The position numbers were made by a program, and so were the translations under genes. Under the pieces are notes generated by a model that searched no databases, was not told the DNA's origin, and saw only the letters and a program-made list of their open reading frames with translations. Shown here piece by piece: positions 1 through 12,398 of a stretch of 64,000 nucleotides of DNA (position 1 is the stretch's first letter; the number at the start of each line of letters is the position of its first letter). The stretch comes from Squalus acanthias (lineage: Eukaryota): NCBI GenBank assembly GCA_030390025.1, contig CM059430.1, positions 61,256,001 through 61,320,000 of the forward strand, in the 5' to 3' direction.

Positions 1-9
1 ATCAATCTG

Positions 10-70
10 CGAGGAATTTGAACCCAGATCCCGGAAGAAAAAGGCCAGTGCCTAAACCACTATGGCACCC
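10..70 (-). mobile_element. tRNA-like SINE head fragment
   Basis: Minus strand reads gggtgccatagtggtttaggcactgg...gggttcaaattcctc, with A-box-like and B-box-like Pol III motifs. No intact cloverleaf. Confidence 0.45.
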
Positions 71-304
71 ATTTCCCTGTTTGCTGCAAGCAGTTGATAT
101 CATGATAGGCATGTTGTTTGTGATACTCGTTACACTAGAAATTGGTTGAATATGAAGGAGCCAATCACAAATATCTAGGGGTAATATTACCTATGGGTGA
201 TATTGAATAAGCCGCCCTTTATACACCAAGCCCGATTTTCCTTTTCTTTGAAATCAATTAAAGGGAACATTGGACGTGGCTATAGTGGGCAATCAATTCA
301 ATAT

Positions 305-650
305 CATAGAGTCATAGTCATAGAGTCAGAACGGCACAGAAGGAGGCCATTCGGCTCATCGAGTCCGTGCCGGCTCTCTGTAGAGCAATCCAGTCAGTCC
401 CATTCCCCCGCTCAATCCCCGTAGCCCTGCAAGTTTATTTCCCTCAAGTGCCTATCCAGTCTCCCCTTGAAAACATTGTGTCTCCCCTTCCACCACTTCC
501 GTCGACAGCGAGTTCCAGGTCCTCATCACTCGCTGCGTAAAAAAGTTTTTCCTCACATCCCCCCTATATCTCTTGCCCAAAACCTTAAATCTGTGTCCCC
601 TAGTCCTTGTACCATCAACTAGTGGGAACAGCCTTTCCCCGTCTAACCTT
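305..650 (-). mobile_element. CR1 LINE 3' fragment
   Basis: ORF 452..706 carries the CR1 ORF2 C-terminus (TRGHRFKV...KNFFTQRVMRTWNSL). Tandem catagagt tail at ~305. Confidence 0.85.
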
Positions 651-770
651 GCCAATTTCACACCATCACTCAAAGTTAAAATTACTCCATAGGTCTTTAA
701 ACCCAAGTATTGCAGACAAACTTTTCAATTTAAATAATGAAATACACAGTGTGGAGAAACAAAATGCTAG

Positions 771-1728
771 AGGGGAGACATTTTCTCTGTGCGCTATAGG
801 TAGCGGAATGGTAAGTGCATTACTCCTGGGTGAGAAGCTGGCAGGCTGCCTGCCCAGGAGTCTCAATGGGAGGCCTGGCTGATATTAACGGCCGGGCCTC
901 ATACGCATCCCTGCCGACCAGCTGCCCGCAGGCAGCAAATGGGTGTGAGGAGGTAGTCGCCCGGCTGCCAGCAGGCATAGATCAGGCAGCCCAGAGGCCT
1001 CCTGCTGTCTTTGGTCCGAGTTCCTAGTAAAATTGTAATGTATTCTTTATGATTTAAATAAAATTACCAACCAGAGGAAATCTTTATGACTACGGTTACG
1101 TGGTGCTACACATAAGGATCACAGTAATCCCCACACCCCCCCGTGCATTTTGGCACTGAGCAGCATGCAGTATTTAAAATGGAATTCAGACTGTTTTTCT
1201 GAACTTTTGCCTTTTCATATTAATTTTATCTTTCTGCTTTGTATCACTTTGTGTCTTAGAGACGTGCAAACATAATTAAAATACAAAATTTAGAATCCAT
1301 GTTGACTTGAACATTTTCACAAAACTGGAGTTGGGTTTGGGGGAAGGATTCTACAGGGTCTCGCAGTTGGGAAGTGGGGGTGCTCAGGGCACCAGAGGCC
1401 AAGGCTTTTCTTGTGGGGTCCAGAGGAGCGCTCCTGCTCCTCCTAGCCCAACATAGATAAGTTTAAAACGCTTATTCCCTGGTAGATTTTACTGAGCTGG
1501 GTGCCCACGGTGGGTGCTCTGCTCAGTATTCCGTTAAAATGCCATTGGGGTCCTATGCACATAATTGGATCCTGATTACTGTATATTAACGAGGCTCCTG
1601 TCCAAATTCAGGAGAGAGTCACCCACCGGCAAAAAGGTTAAATGTGCTGTAGAGCGCGATTGGAGCAGCAAATAATAGAGCTGCTCGATTTTAAATCCCG
1701 CTTGGGTAGAGGGAGTTGAAATTCCTCC
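771..1728. mobile_element. Degenerate GC-rich MITE-like element interrupted by an inverted copy of its own flank
   Basis: Ends ggggagacattttc / gttgaaattcctcc resemble the TIR type at 17770. GC-rich halves 800-1005 and 1331-1728. TIR match is weak. Confidence 0.35.
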
Positions 1729-2079
1729 TGTTGTCCTGCTTTAAGGCCACTTACCTCCAGTATTGTGAAAATGTTCGAATCAACATGGATTCTAAATTTT
1801 GTATTTTAATAATGTTTACACGTCTCTGAGACACAAAGTGATTCAAATGAGAAAGATACAATTAATATGAAAAGGTAAAAGTTCAGAAAAACAGTCTGAG
1901 TTCCATTTTAAATACTGCATGCTGCTCAGTGCCAAAATGCACGGGGGGTGTGGGGATTACTGTGATCCTTATGTGTAGCACCACGTAACCGTAGTCATAA
2001 AGATTTCCTCTGGTTGGTAATTCTATTTAAATCATAAAGAATACATTTACAATTTTACTAGGAACCCTGACCAAAGACA
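1006..2079. repeat. Long inverted repeat, arms ~1006-1330 and ~1755-2079
   Basis: The arms align as reverse complements over ~325 bp with scattered substitutions, e.g. ctacggttacgtggtgctacacataaggatcacag vs ctgtgatccttatgtgtagcaccacgtaaccgtag. Confidence 0.95.
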
Positions 2080-2229
2080 ATCTTCAGCCTTGAAGCTATA
2101 CTGTGGGACAGTGTGTAAATGCTTAATGCATTTATATGAAATAGACCTACATGAATGCACTTACAATGTTGCTGCACAGAGCAACCAGCATTGCTCTTCC
2201 TCCATGATCTCCCAACAGCTAAATATATC

Positions 2230-2416
2230 GGTGGTTGAAGCAGAGAGCATTAACACATTTAAGGGGAGGCTTGATGCATACATGAAAGAGTCGGAATAGA
2301 GACATATGGGGCAAGATGGGAAGAGGTAATTCGAGTGGGAAGAGGGTCGTGTGGGGTATAAACACCAGCATAGACTGAATTTGGCCGAATGACCTGTTTC
2401 TGTGCTGTAGATTCTA
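2230..2416 (+). mobile_element. CR1 LINE 3' end fragment
   Basis: VVEAESINTFKGRLD, then ggccgaatgacctgtttctgtgctgtag 3' UTR. Confidence 0.75.
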
Positions 2417-2935
2417 GTCCTGGGTCTTCTACTGTGACCTTATCTGCAACAATGTGCACCAAATGTTGAAATTAGCAATTATTATTCACATTAAAACAAT
2501 ATTCTGGACAAAAAAGGTCTCAGCTAATTCAAAGTTTTTGTTGATCCCAACTAATTCAAATTTTAATGAGCTAAATGTCATATTATTCACAAGTAGATGA
2601 CATTGTTTACCGTTATCATCCAGCTCTCCCTCTCTTATCTGTTCAACAGCAATAGTGCTCAAATGTCCAATGTGTTAGCCTGGACAGTGAGTATCAGGGA
2701 ACATTACAATTAAGCCATTATATCTTGAATGGATGTTCTCAGGTGGACACTTCCACAGGTGCTGCTGGGTAGCAATTTGAAGAATGGGCTGATTTGATTT
2801 TCCCTCCCAAGCACTGGGATGCTGAGCCCAGTTGTTGCCACTCAAGATGACACTGGCCAATCCAGCACAGACCAGAGATTGAAGCAACAAACAATGCATT
2901 CACCCAATGAGCCCTTGGATAATTACATTTTTGTA

Positions 2936-3348
2936 TGAAAGAAAGACTTGCATTTATATAGCGTCTTTCACGACCACTGGACGTCCCAAAGTGCTTTACA
3001 GCCAATGAAGTACTTTTTGAAGGGTAGTCACTGTTGTAATGTAGGAAACACGGCAGCCAATTTGTGCACAGCAAGCTCCCACAAACAACAATGTGATAAT
3101 GACCAGATAATCTGTTTTAGTGATGTTGATTGAGGGATAAATATTGGCTGGGACACCCTGCTCTTCTTCAAAGATAGTGCCATAGGATCTTTTACGCATC
3201 ACTTGAGAGGGCAGACGGGGCTTCAGTTTAAAGTCTCACCTGAAAGACGCCAGTACTGCACCGGAGTGTCAGCCTAGATTTTCTTTGTGCTCAGGTCTCT
3301 GGAGTGGGACCTGAACCCACAACTTTTTGACTCAGAGGTGAGGGTACT
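2936..3348 (-). mobile_element. Deu-domain SINE (SacSINE1/AmnSINE1-like), head truncated
   Basis: Tail gaaagacttgcatttatatagcg, central Deu-like block and B-box (gggttcaggtccc on -). Homologous copies at 5516, 7994 and 14730. Confidence 0.8.
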
Positions 3349-3371
3349 GTCATGTAGGAACAGTGATATGC

Positions 3372-4417
3372 AATAATGCCAAACAGGCAGTGAGTGCAGT
3401 GCTGCTGATTTTACAGAAATTGTGAGCTTGGTGGAGCTGGCTTAGACTGATAGCACTTTGTAGCAGCTGCTGAGCTCAGCGACATGATGTTACACTATTT
3501 TTAAAGGTCACTATTACTAATTTGGTTCCCTTTTTTCTCCTTCTTTCCCGGGTGCACTGTCTCTAGCTGAGATACTGGTTATGAACACACCAAGTTTCTC
3601 TTACTTTATTGCTTATGTCAGAATGTTCTCCTAGTCATCCAAGCTGTGAAATATTAATACAAAGTAATTCACGATCACACCAGCAAGCAGTTTCTATGAA
3701 CTGTGGAGCAGTTAAATATTAATAGTTAAAGCACTACTGCAATATTGTTAAATGATACCAAGAGGAATATATCAGTATATTGTATGCAACATAGAAAATC
3801 AAGAAATTAATTAAAAACATTTTTTTATAGCTTCTCCAAAACCGCTGAAGATTTTGCCAACGCTGTTCACAAATGGTTCTCTAACGTGTTTGTGTAAAAC
3901 GTCTGGGTTCTACCCTGTTGATTATACCATTGCTTGGCGTAAAGATGATCAAGAAGTTGTGACTGGAGTAAGGACATTCAGAGAGCAGAATGCTGAGGGA
4001 CTATATGAAGTTTCCAGTTATTTGGAAGAGACACAGCCTGTTACGATTGGGACTACTTATATCTGTGAGGTATCTCACTCTACCCTCACGGTTCCAACTT
4101 GGGTCAATTATACTGTCAGCATTGCAGGTAGGAACAACACCTAGTTTGGTGTGAAATCGTTGTATACCGCGGTTACACTGCATTTGTAGGACAAGTTTTT
4201 GCACTGTAATAATGCCAAACAGGCAGTGAGTGCAGTGCTGCTGATTTTACAGAAATTGTGAGCTTGGTGGAGCTGGCTTAGACTGATAGCACTTTGTAGC
4301 AGCTGCAGCTGCTGAGCTCAGCGACATGATGTTACACTACTTTTAAAGGTCACTATTACTAATTTGGTTCCCTTTTTTCTCCTTCTTTCCTGGGTGCACT
4401 GTCTCTGGCTGAGATAC
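3372..4417 (+). repeat. Direct repeat pair 3372-3575 and 4208-4417 flanking the Ig C1 exon
   Basis: aataatgccaaacaggcag...ctgagatac occurs twice. The copies differ by 3 substitutions and one 6-nt duplication (agctgc). Confidence 0.95.
3831..4127 (+). CDS. Ig C1-set domain exon of an IgSF type I membrane protein (B7-H6/NCR3LG1-, tapasin- or SIRP-like; orthology not resolvable)
   Basis: Acceptor ttttttatag and donor g|gtagga, 297 nt, phase 1-1. Encodes SPKPLKIL...LCKTSGFYPVDYTIAW...NAEGLYEVSSYL...YICEVSHSTL, with the canonical C1 motifs CxxxGFYP, W and YxCxVxH. Confidence 0.92.
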
Positions 4418-4582
4418 AGTTGCACAGGTGTTGGAAGCCCCATGGTACATCACTTCATTACTCCTTCTTCAAGTGTGATCAGGATGTGGAGATCACCGCA
4501 ACCAAGTCTACTTCTGTTCTCATCCTAGACACACCCATATGCACACAGATTCACAAACACACACGTACAAGTATACACAGGT

Positions 4583-4621
<39 letters not shown>
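4583..4621 (+). repeat. (CA)n microsatellite
   Basis: Uninterrupted CA run within a CA-rich tract. Confidence 0.95.
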
Positions 4622-4624
<3 letters not shown>

Positions 4625-5515
4625 TCACAAACACGCACATACATTCCAGTATCACTGGAAATAAACCAGAAACTTTGGCTGATCTGTTCTTTTGATGAAC
4701 AGCAATGAAGCTACTTGTAGCACCTCAACAGCTACTCTGTCTAGCTAACCTAACACAGGCCAGGAGTTGAACTTGGGACCTTTTGCTCTGTAGGGTTCAG
4801 ATTTGTTACTGAACAACAGTAGTGAAAAAGCAGAAGACAAAAAAAAGGGTAAAAAATAAAATAACACAAACAGACCCAGCAATCCATTGTGATCTCTAGT
4901 CAACAGTGGGTAGATGAACAAGAGGAACCAGAGTCAGATGTCACCCATTGCCCCAGACCACCTGCTTGAGTGGTTGAATTATGGATCTCAGATGATGAGT
5001 ACTGAGGACCACAAGACAGAAATGACATGGTAATTTGTAGATGGTACTTATGAAAGATTAAGGCTAGAGTGAGAGTAACTGGGAAACACAGTTGTCTCAC
5101 TATCCCAACGATTGTTTTCAAACCACTGAAAGTTACTTGTCACTTGGAAGTCAGTGGACGATGCTCCTTCGTGAATTTAAGTGGGTACGCAGAGCTCTGC
5201 CTTCAACATTCTACAGTGACTTGAGCAGGCAGTGAAACCATGCTGATCAGTGGTTTCAGTGTTTGATGTGAATTGGTACTGCACCAACTGTTGCAGGATA
5301 AATGGGTCTTGGACCAATAATAGTCTAATGTGTAAAAAACAGAATGAATTCCCATTGGCAGCAGCCTCATGTTTTCTATGCTTTTTTTAACTAATTTTTT
5401 TCCCCCACCCCTCTTCTGAAGACACCAGCATCTGCCCCACCCCCAGTATCTCATCAATGAGTTTAGAGAGTGACTGTCGCCAATGATTTAACCCATGGGA
5501 GTCGTGCAACTTAGT

Positions 5516-5798
5516 CTGCCCTCTCAGGTGGACGTTAAAGATCCCTTGGCACTTTTCAAAGAAGAGCAGGGTAGGTCTCCCAGTGTCTTGGCCAACATTT
5601 ATCCCTCAACTAACATCACTACAACAGATGAACCGGTCATTTATTTCATTGCTGTTTGTGGGAACTTGCTGTGGACAACTTGGTTGCCGCATTTCTTACA
5701 TTGCAACAGTGACTACACTTCAAAAAGTACTTATTTGGCTGTAAAGCACTTTAGAATGTCCTGAGGTTGTGAAAGACGCTGTATAAATGCAAGTTCTT
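5516..5798 (+). mobile_element. Deu-domain SINE, 5' truncated
   Basis: ctctcaggtggacgttaaagatccc...gctgtataaatgcaag, same family as 2936. Confidence 0.8.
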
Positions 5799-6754
5799 AC
5801 ATTTTGTCTGTCTATCCTGCAAATGAATGATAATAATGCAAATTAGCCATGCGATTTCTGTGTTCAGGGTTCAACATTTGACTACTATAATGTGTGCAAA
5901 CCAAGATACTATTTTGTTGGACTAAAACATATCGTAGTAAAAGTTCAAGTGATGAATGCATTTTAAAGATTTACTCTGTTCAGCATTTCTAGTGAAATTG
6001 TAGATGTGTTCTTTACCAATGTGTTTACAATTTCTTTGGAAAGAGCAGCAAAAGTCTTCCCAAAAACTTTTATGAAGTTGTTGCCATAGATAGCAAATGG
6101 GGGAATTTCCCTCCCCCAATGTATCACTGTTTCAATTTACAATGTTTTATTACTGCTTTATTTTCAAAATAGTTTTTAAATGCATATATTTGGGGGAATT
6201 TTATTTTGAGCTTAACCAAGGCAAGTGCTGTGGAAAAGTACATTTTCCTTGTTTGAGCTCAAACACTCCCAAGTCAAATGTGACGTGGGTAAGATGCAGA
6301 GTAAAACACTCTTAACTCCAACTTCAGAAGAGCACCATCAACTATACCTATGTCAATTTTTCACTCCCATCAGCCAACCTTGTGGATCTTCTAATTGAGA
6401 GCCTATTTATTGCTAATCTGGACTGAATTGTGGACAGTTCTGACCCAAACCAACCAGAAACTGGATTGAGATTCTCAAATCATTACACATAAGGCTCATG
6501 AGGTGTAATTTTATGAGTTTGGCACTTCTGACACCAACCATTAATTCCCAGGAGCATTAAATTGGAATATTGGGTGTGAAGGTTGGTGTGCCGTTTTTGT
6601 GCGGGGAGCTTAAATTCATAATATCACCAGTATGGAGCCACCCGAAAGAGCTGGGGATCTTAGAGGTGAAGGAAAAATGTGCTAACCTGCTGCACCATCA
6701 TTTTCCTTCTGAAAGGGAATGACTTTATTTTTCTGTTTTGTATGTGTCTTGCAG

Positions 6755-6865
6755 ATGATGGTTTCAGTGCCTCTTTTCCTTGGTGGATCTATCTCTGTGG
6801 AGCAATATCTCTACTGCTCCTGATTATTGTACCAGTACTTTGTTGTAAATGCTGTAAACGTAAAG
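6755..6865 (+). CDS. Transmembrane exon of the same IgSF gene
   Basis: Acceptor tgtcttgcag and donor g|gtaagg, 111 nt, phase 1-1, in frame with the C1 exon. Encodes DDGFSASFPWWIYLCGAISLLLLIIVPVLCCKCCKRK. Confidence 0.88.
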
Positions 6866-7313
6866 GTAAGGGAGCCATCTCATTTCATTAACATTGAATA
6901 TAGAAATTATAACAAGCTGAAAGGATAGTGAATTAATCATATTAATCTGAAATAACTAGGCTTCCGGATCAAAACTATTCCCCCAATTTTTTAATGATGT
7001 TTTGTGTGATTTTTCTTTTTGATCTGATCAGGGTGAAAAATGTTAGTGCTGCAGATTGGAACACTTCCATTCTGGGCACTAAGAACTCCCAGATTCGGTG
7101 TAGCACATTTAAAGGCAGAGTAAAGTTCCCCCTTCTCTTCCCAGAGATATGCTTCAGTGCCCATCTCTACAGAGTATCCCCTGCTGCACCTGTGTGACAT
7201 TTTCCAGTTCCCATACCACACATCCTGCAATGAGATTGTCAGTTAATGATTATTATGGAGCAGTTTGTGCTGTGGTACCTCATAACCACTAGGAACTGAA
7301 ATGAGAGTGCCTT

Positions 7314-7910
7314 AATACTGTGGCAACAAGAGCAGGTCAGAGGCTTGGTATTCTGTGGCGAGAGTCTCACCTCCTGACTCCCCAAAACCTTTCCACCATC
7401 TACAAGGCACAAGTAAGGAATGTGATGGAATACTCTCCAGTTGCCTGGATGAGTGCATCTCCAACAACACTCAAGAAGCTCGACACCATCCAGGACAAAG
7501 CAGCCCGCTTGATTGGCACCCCATCCACCACCTGAAACATTTACTCCCTCCACCACCGGTGTACCGTGGCTGCAGTGTGTACCATCTACAAGATGCACTG
7601 CAGCAACTCGCCAAGGCTTCTTCGGCAGCACTTCCCAAACCAGCGACCTCTTCCATCTAGAAGGACAAGGGCAGCAGGCGCATGGGAATACCACCACCTC
7701 CAAGTTCCCCTCCAAGTCACACATCATCCTGACTTGGAAGTATATCGCCGTTCATTCATCGTCACTGGGTCAAAATCCTGCAACTCCCTACCTAACAGTA
7801 CCTTCACAAGGACTGAAGCGGTTCAAGAAGGCGGCTCACCACCACCTTCTCGAGGGCAATTCGGGATGGGCAATAAATGCTGGCCTTGCCCACATCCCAA
7901 CAAAAAAAAA
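7314..7910 (+). mobile_element. CR1-clade LINE (second family) 3' fragment
   Basis: ATRAGQRLGILWR...YKAQVRNVMEYSP. Tail gggcaataaatgctggccttgcc plus poly(A). Same family as 44548-46935. Confidence 0.85.
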
Positions 7911-7993
7911 CTAGTAGGGCTAGGGTACTTGAGTGGCGTTAGGCTCAGATGGCCAGCATCGATCCACCACTGCAAGTAAAACAGTCTCCTTAT

Positions 7994-8410
7994 AGAAAGA
8001 AGGACTTGCATTTATATAGCACCTTTCACAACCACTGGATGTCTCAAAGCGCTTTACAGCCAATGATGTACTTTTTGATGTGGAGTCACTGTTGTGATCT
8101 GGGAAACACGGCAGCCAATTTGCACACAGCAATGCAATAATGACCAGATAATCTGTTTTGTTATGTTGGTTGAGGGGATAACTCCCCTGCTCTTCTTTGA
8201 AATAGTGCCATGGGATCTTTTACGTCCACCTGCGAAAGCAGACGGGGCCTTGATTTAACATCTCTGAAAGACGGCACCTCTGACAGTGCAGCACTCTCTT
8301 AGCACCGCAACGGAGTGTTAGCCTAGCTTTATGTGCTCTGGAGTGGGACTTGAACCCACAACCTTCTGACTCAGAGGTGAGTGTGCTTCCAACTGAGCCA
8401 CAGCTGACAC
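7994..8410 (-). mobile_element. Deu-domain SINE, near full length
   Basis: On -: head gtgtcagctgtggctcagttggaagcac (A box), B box gggttcaagtccc, Deu block and tail. Confidence 0.85.
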
Positions 8411-10065
8411 TTATGTTCCTTTGTGCCCAGTACAACTAACTCTTCTTATCCAATCATAGTGTGACACCCAGAGCTGATGCAAGAGTTTTGAGCATTCATT
8501 CTTCACGCGAATAGTCTCATATTTGGTTAATCTAAAGGGTGTCTTTTATGCTGTCTTTGCAAGTTCGGTTTTGTAGCTGCTATCACACCTTGACCCATGA
8601 CACAGCTTCGCAATAGCAGGAGGCAGCCATAACAGGCTGCAGCAATTAGCTTAGCCGTTGGTTTAATGCCTACTTCTTGAAAAGTTTATCTGGACCTTAA
8701 AACGTCTGATAAACATTAACAATCATATCCTTCAGCAGTAATTGCAGACTTAATGCTCACAAAGCTTGATACATTTTATAATCTCACATCACCCAGTCAC
8801 ATTTTGTGTCCATTATAAATTATTTTCTTCTCCACTCCATACTGCATTCGCCAGCGGAAATGTGAGACTGGTTACCTACTCCAGGAGTCCGCTAATACCA
8901 GTAAAGGCGGTTCTTGAGAACAGCCCAAGTTGAATAACCTTATTTTCCCAGCTCCTAAGGGGCAAACGTCTTGCCCTCCTCTCTCTGCCTTCTGATATGA
9001 AGGCATATCTGAGATTCAGAACAATGCGTTGGCAATCTTGGGTCCTGGCTCATGTTTCTTAATACAATGGGGCCAACTTTCATCTTTTGCTTGTTTTTGG
9101 AGCCACAAATGAGCTAAATTAGATGAAAATCAGCTCTGCATACATTTCTCTTCAGGTCGGGAGTGTGTTCTAGAAGTTCCATTTGAAGCAGGTAAGAGCT
9201 TAATTAGCAGTTTAAAATGGGTGTGTGAAAGTCCCCCATTTCATTTTCTGGTTGGCTGGTGGGCCTGCTGAGCACCAAGTCCAACCCATGCCCAAGAAAC
9301 CAAGCATACATCATTCTATGGGTGACCTTTCAGATATTTAAAGGGCATTGAATGTTTTCAGGCCATTTCTGGGCCATTTAGACAAATTCCTTTTTTGTCT
9401 GTTGGCACTTGTGTTTCCTGAGCCTTTGTGCCACTTGCCCTTAATTCTTAGTGTTTTGCCCCTAGCAACTTTATTGGCACCAATGGGTTTTCCAATGAGA
9501 ATCTTCTGAGCTGATATGTCTGGCAGAAAAGGAATACCTACAGAGGGATGTCTGGCATGTCAGGCTGCCCGAGAGGTACCCAATGCCATACCACCATCTG
9601 CAGTGAGAGGAGAGGTAAAAGTACTTCACTTTGTCAGATGTAGTGCTGGTGGATGATCCTGTTCCCAAATGAAGCTGTGTCAGCAGATGATGCCACTACT
9701 ATATGCTGACTAACTTTTACACTGGATGGCAGGTCATACTTTTATGTAGCACTACATGAAAGAACAAATGGCAAGGTGATCAAGACTTAGCATTGGTTGC
9801 ACCTGCCAAATTGCCAGCAACCTTTCTGCAGGCCTTGGTACACATACCTGGCAATGATTATGGGACCCAGTCTTCTTAAGGTCTGGGCCAACAAAGAGGC
9901 AGATGCAGAGCTCTGCCATCATCTACAAAGACAGCTGCGGAAACCATGCAGCTTAAAACTGGCATGCATAGGGATAGGTAACAGTAATTTGTGGCCTGAA
10001 ATTTGGCTGAACCTCTTTTCAGGTTGACTGCATTGCTGGCCTATGGAGATATGATACCGTGGGAT

Positions 10066-12398
10066 ATCTAGAGAATATAGCCGGGCAAGTGGTAGAAGTG
10101 TCAGTAGGAGAGCATTTTGGTGACAGTGACCATAAGTCGGTGAGATTTTAGGTAGTCATGGAAAAGGACAAAGATGGACCGGAAATAAAGGTTCTAAATT
10201 GGGGGAAGGCCGATTTTAATATGATAAGGCAGGATCTGGCCAAAGTGGATTGGGATAAGCTACTTGTAGGAAAATCCACATTAGAGCAGTGGGAGTCTTT
10301 CAGAAAGGAAATAGAGAAAGTACAACGCCAACATGTTCCCGTAAAGGTCAAGGGTGGGACCAACAAGCCCAGGGAACCCTGGATGTCAAGGGATATACAA
10401 GAATGGATTAGGAAAAAAAGGGATGCTTTTGGCAGATACAAAGGACTAAAAACAGTGGAAGCCCTAGAGGAGTATAGAAAGTGCAGGGGGGTACTTAAAA
10501 AAGAAATTAGGAGAGCGAAAAGGGGGCATGAAAAAACACTGGTGGGTAAAATAAAGGAAAATCCCAAGGTGTTTTATAAGTATATTAAGGGCAAGAGGAT
10601 AACAAGGGAAAGAGTAGGGCCCATTAGGGACCAAAGTGGCAATCTGTGTGTAGAGCTGGAAGATGTGGGTGAGGTTTTAAATGAATATTTTGAATCTGTG
10701 TTCACTATGGAGAAGGACGATTTAGGCATAGAAATCAGGCAGGGGGAATGTGATATACTTGAACAAATTAGTATTGAGAGGGAGGAGGTACTAGCGGTTT
10801 TAGCGGGCTTAAAAGTGGATAAATCCCCAAGCCCAGATGATATATATCCCAGGCTGCTGTGTGAGGCAAGGGAGGAGATTGCAGGGGCTCTGACACAAAT
10901 TTTCAGAACCTCTCTGGCCACAGGGGAGGTGCCAGAGGACTGGAGGACAGCTAACGTAGTACCATTATTCAAGAAGGGTAGTAGGGATAAACCAGGGAAT
11001 TACAGGCCAGTGAGCCTAACATCAGTTGTAGGGAAATTATTGGAAAAATTCTGAGGGACTGAATTAGTCTTCACTTGGAGAGGCAAGGATTAATCAAGGA
11101 TAGTCAGCATGGCTTTGTCAGGGGGAGATCATGTCTAACCAATTTGATTGCATTTTTCGAGGGGGTGACTCGGTGTGTGGATGAGGGTAGTGCAGTTGAT
11201 GTAGTCTACATGGACTTCAATAAGGCTTTTGACAAAGTCCCGCATGGGAGACTGGTCAAGAAGGTAAGAGCCCATGGGATCCAGGGCAATTTGGCACATT
11301 GGATTCAAAATTGGCTTAGTGGCAGGAGGCAGAGGGTGATGGTCGAAGGTTGTTTTTGTGACTGGAAGCCTGTGTCCAGTGGTGTACCGCAGGGATCGGT
11401 GCTGGGTCCTTTGCTGTTTGTAGTATACATTAATGATTTAGATATGAATGTAGGAGGTATGATCAATAAGTTCGCAGATGACACGAAAATTGGTGTGGTG
11501 GTAAATAGTGAGGAGGGAAGCCTCAGGCTACAGGACAATATAGACGGGTTGGTCAGATAGGCAGAACAGTGGCAAATGGAATTTAACCCTGAAAAATGTG
11601 AGGTGTTGCATTTTGGGAGGACTAACAAGGCAAGGGAATACACAATGAATGGTAGGATCCTAGGAAGGACAGAGGATCAGAGGGACCTTGGTGTGCATGT
11701 ACATAGATCCCTGAAGGCAGCAGAACAGGTAGATAAGGTGGTTAAAAAGGCATATGGGATACTTGCCTTCATTAGCTGAGGCATAGAATATAAGAGCAGG
11801 GAGCTTATGATGGAGCTGTACAAAACGCTAGTTAGGCCACAGCTGGAATACTGTGTGCCGTTCTGGTCGCCACACTATAGGAAGGATGTGATTGCATTGG
11901 AGAGGGTGCAGAGGAGATTCACCAGGATATTACCTGGGCTGGAGTGCTTCAACTATGAAGAGAGACTGGACAGGCTGGGGTTGTTTTCCTTAGAGCAGAG
12001 AAGGCTGAGGGGGGACCTGATTGAGGTGTACAAAATTATGAGGGGCATAGATAGGGTAGATAGAAAGGAACTTTTTCCCTTAGTAGAGGGGTCAATAACC
12101 AGGGGGCATAGTTTCAAGGTAAGGGGCTGGAGGTTTCGAGGGGATTTGAGGAAAAACTTTTTTACCCAGAGGGTGGTTGGAATCTGGAACTCACTGCCTG
12201 AAAGGGTGGTAGAGGCAGGAACCCTCAAAACATTAAAGAAGCATTTAGATGAGCACTTGAAACGCCATAGCATACAAGGCTACGGACCGAGTGCTGGAAA
12301 ATGGGATTAGAATAGATAGGGCTTGATGGCCAGTGCGGACACGATGGACCGAAGGGCCTCTTTCTGTGCTGTATAAATCTATGACTCTATGACTCTAT
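10066..12398 (+). mobile_element. CR1 LINE, 5' truncated, disrupted ORF2 (RT)
   Basis: ORFs 10158-11054, 11075-11560, 11576-11779 and 11807-12310 with [20 protein letters not shown] and FADD. (ctatgact)n tail. Intronic, sense to the host gene. Confidence 0.95.

Noticed and set aside
4190-4210. RSS-like words (agtttttgc, cactgt) just after the Ig exon
   Set aside because: No 12/23 spacer between nonamer and heptamer, and the exon is a C1 domain with ordinary splice sites.
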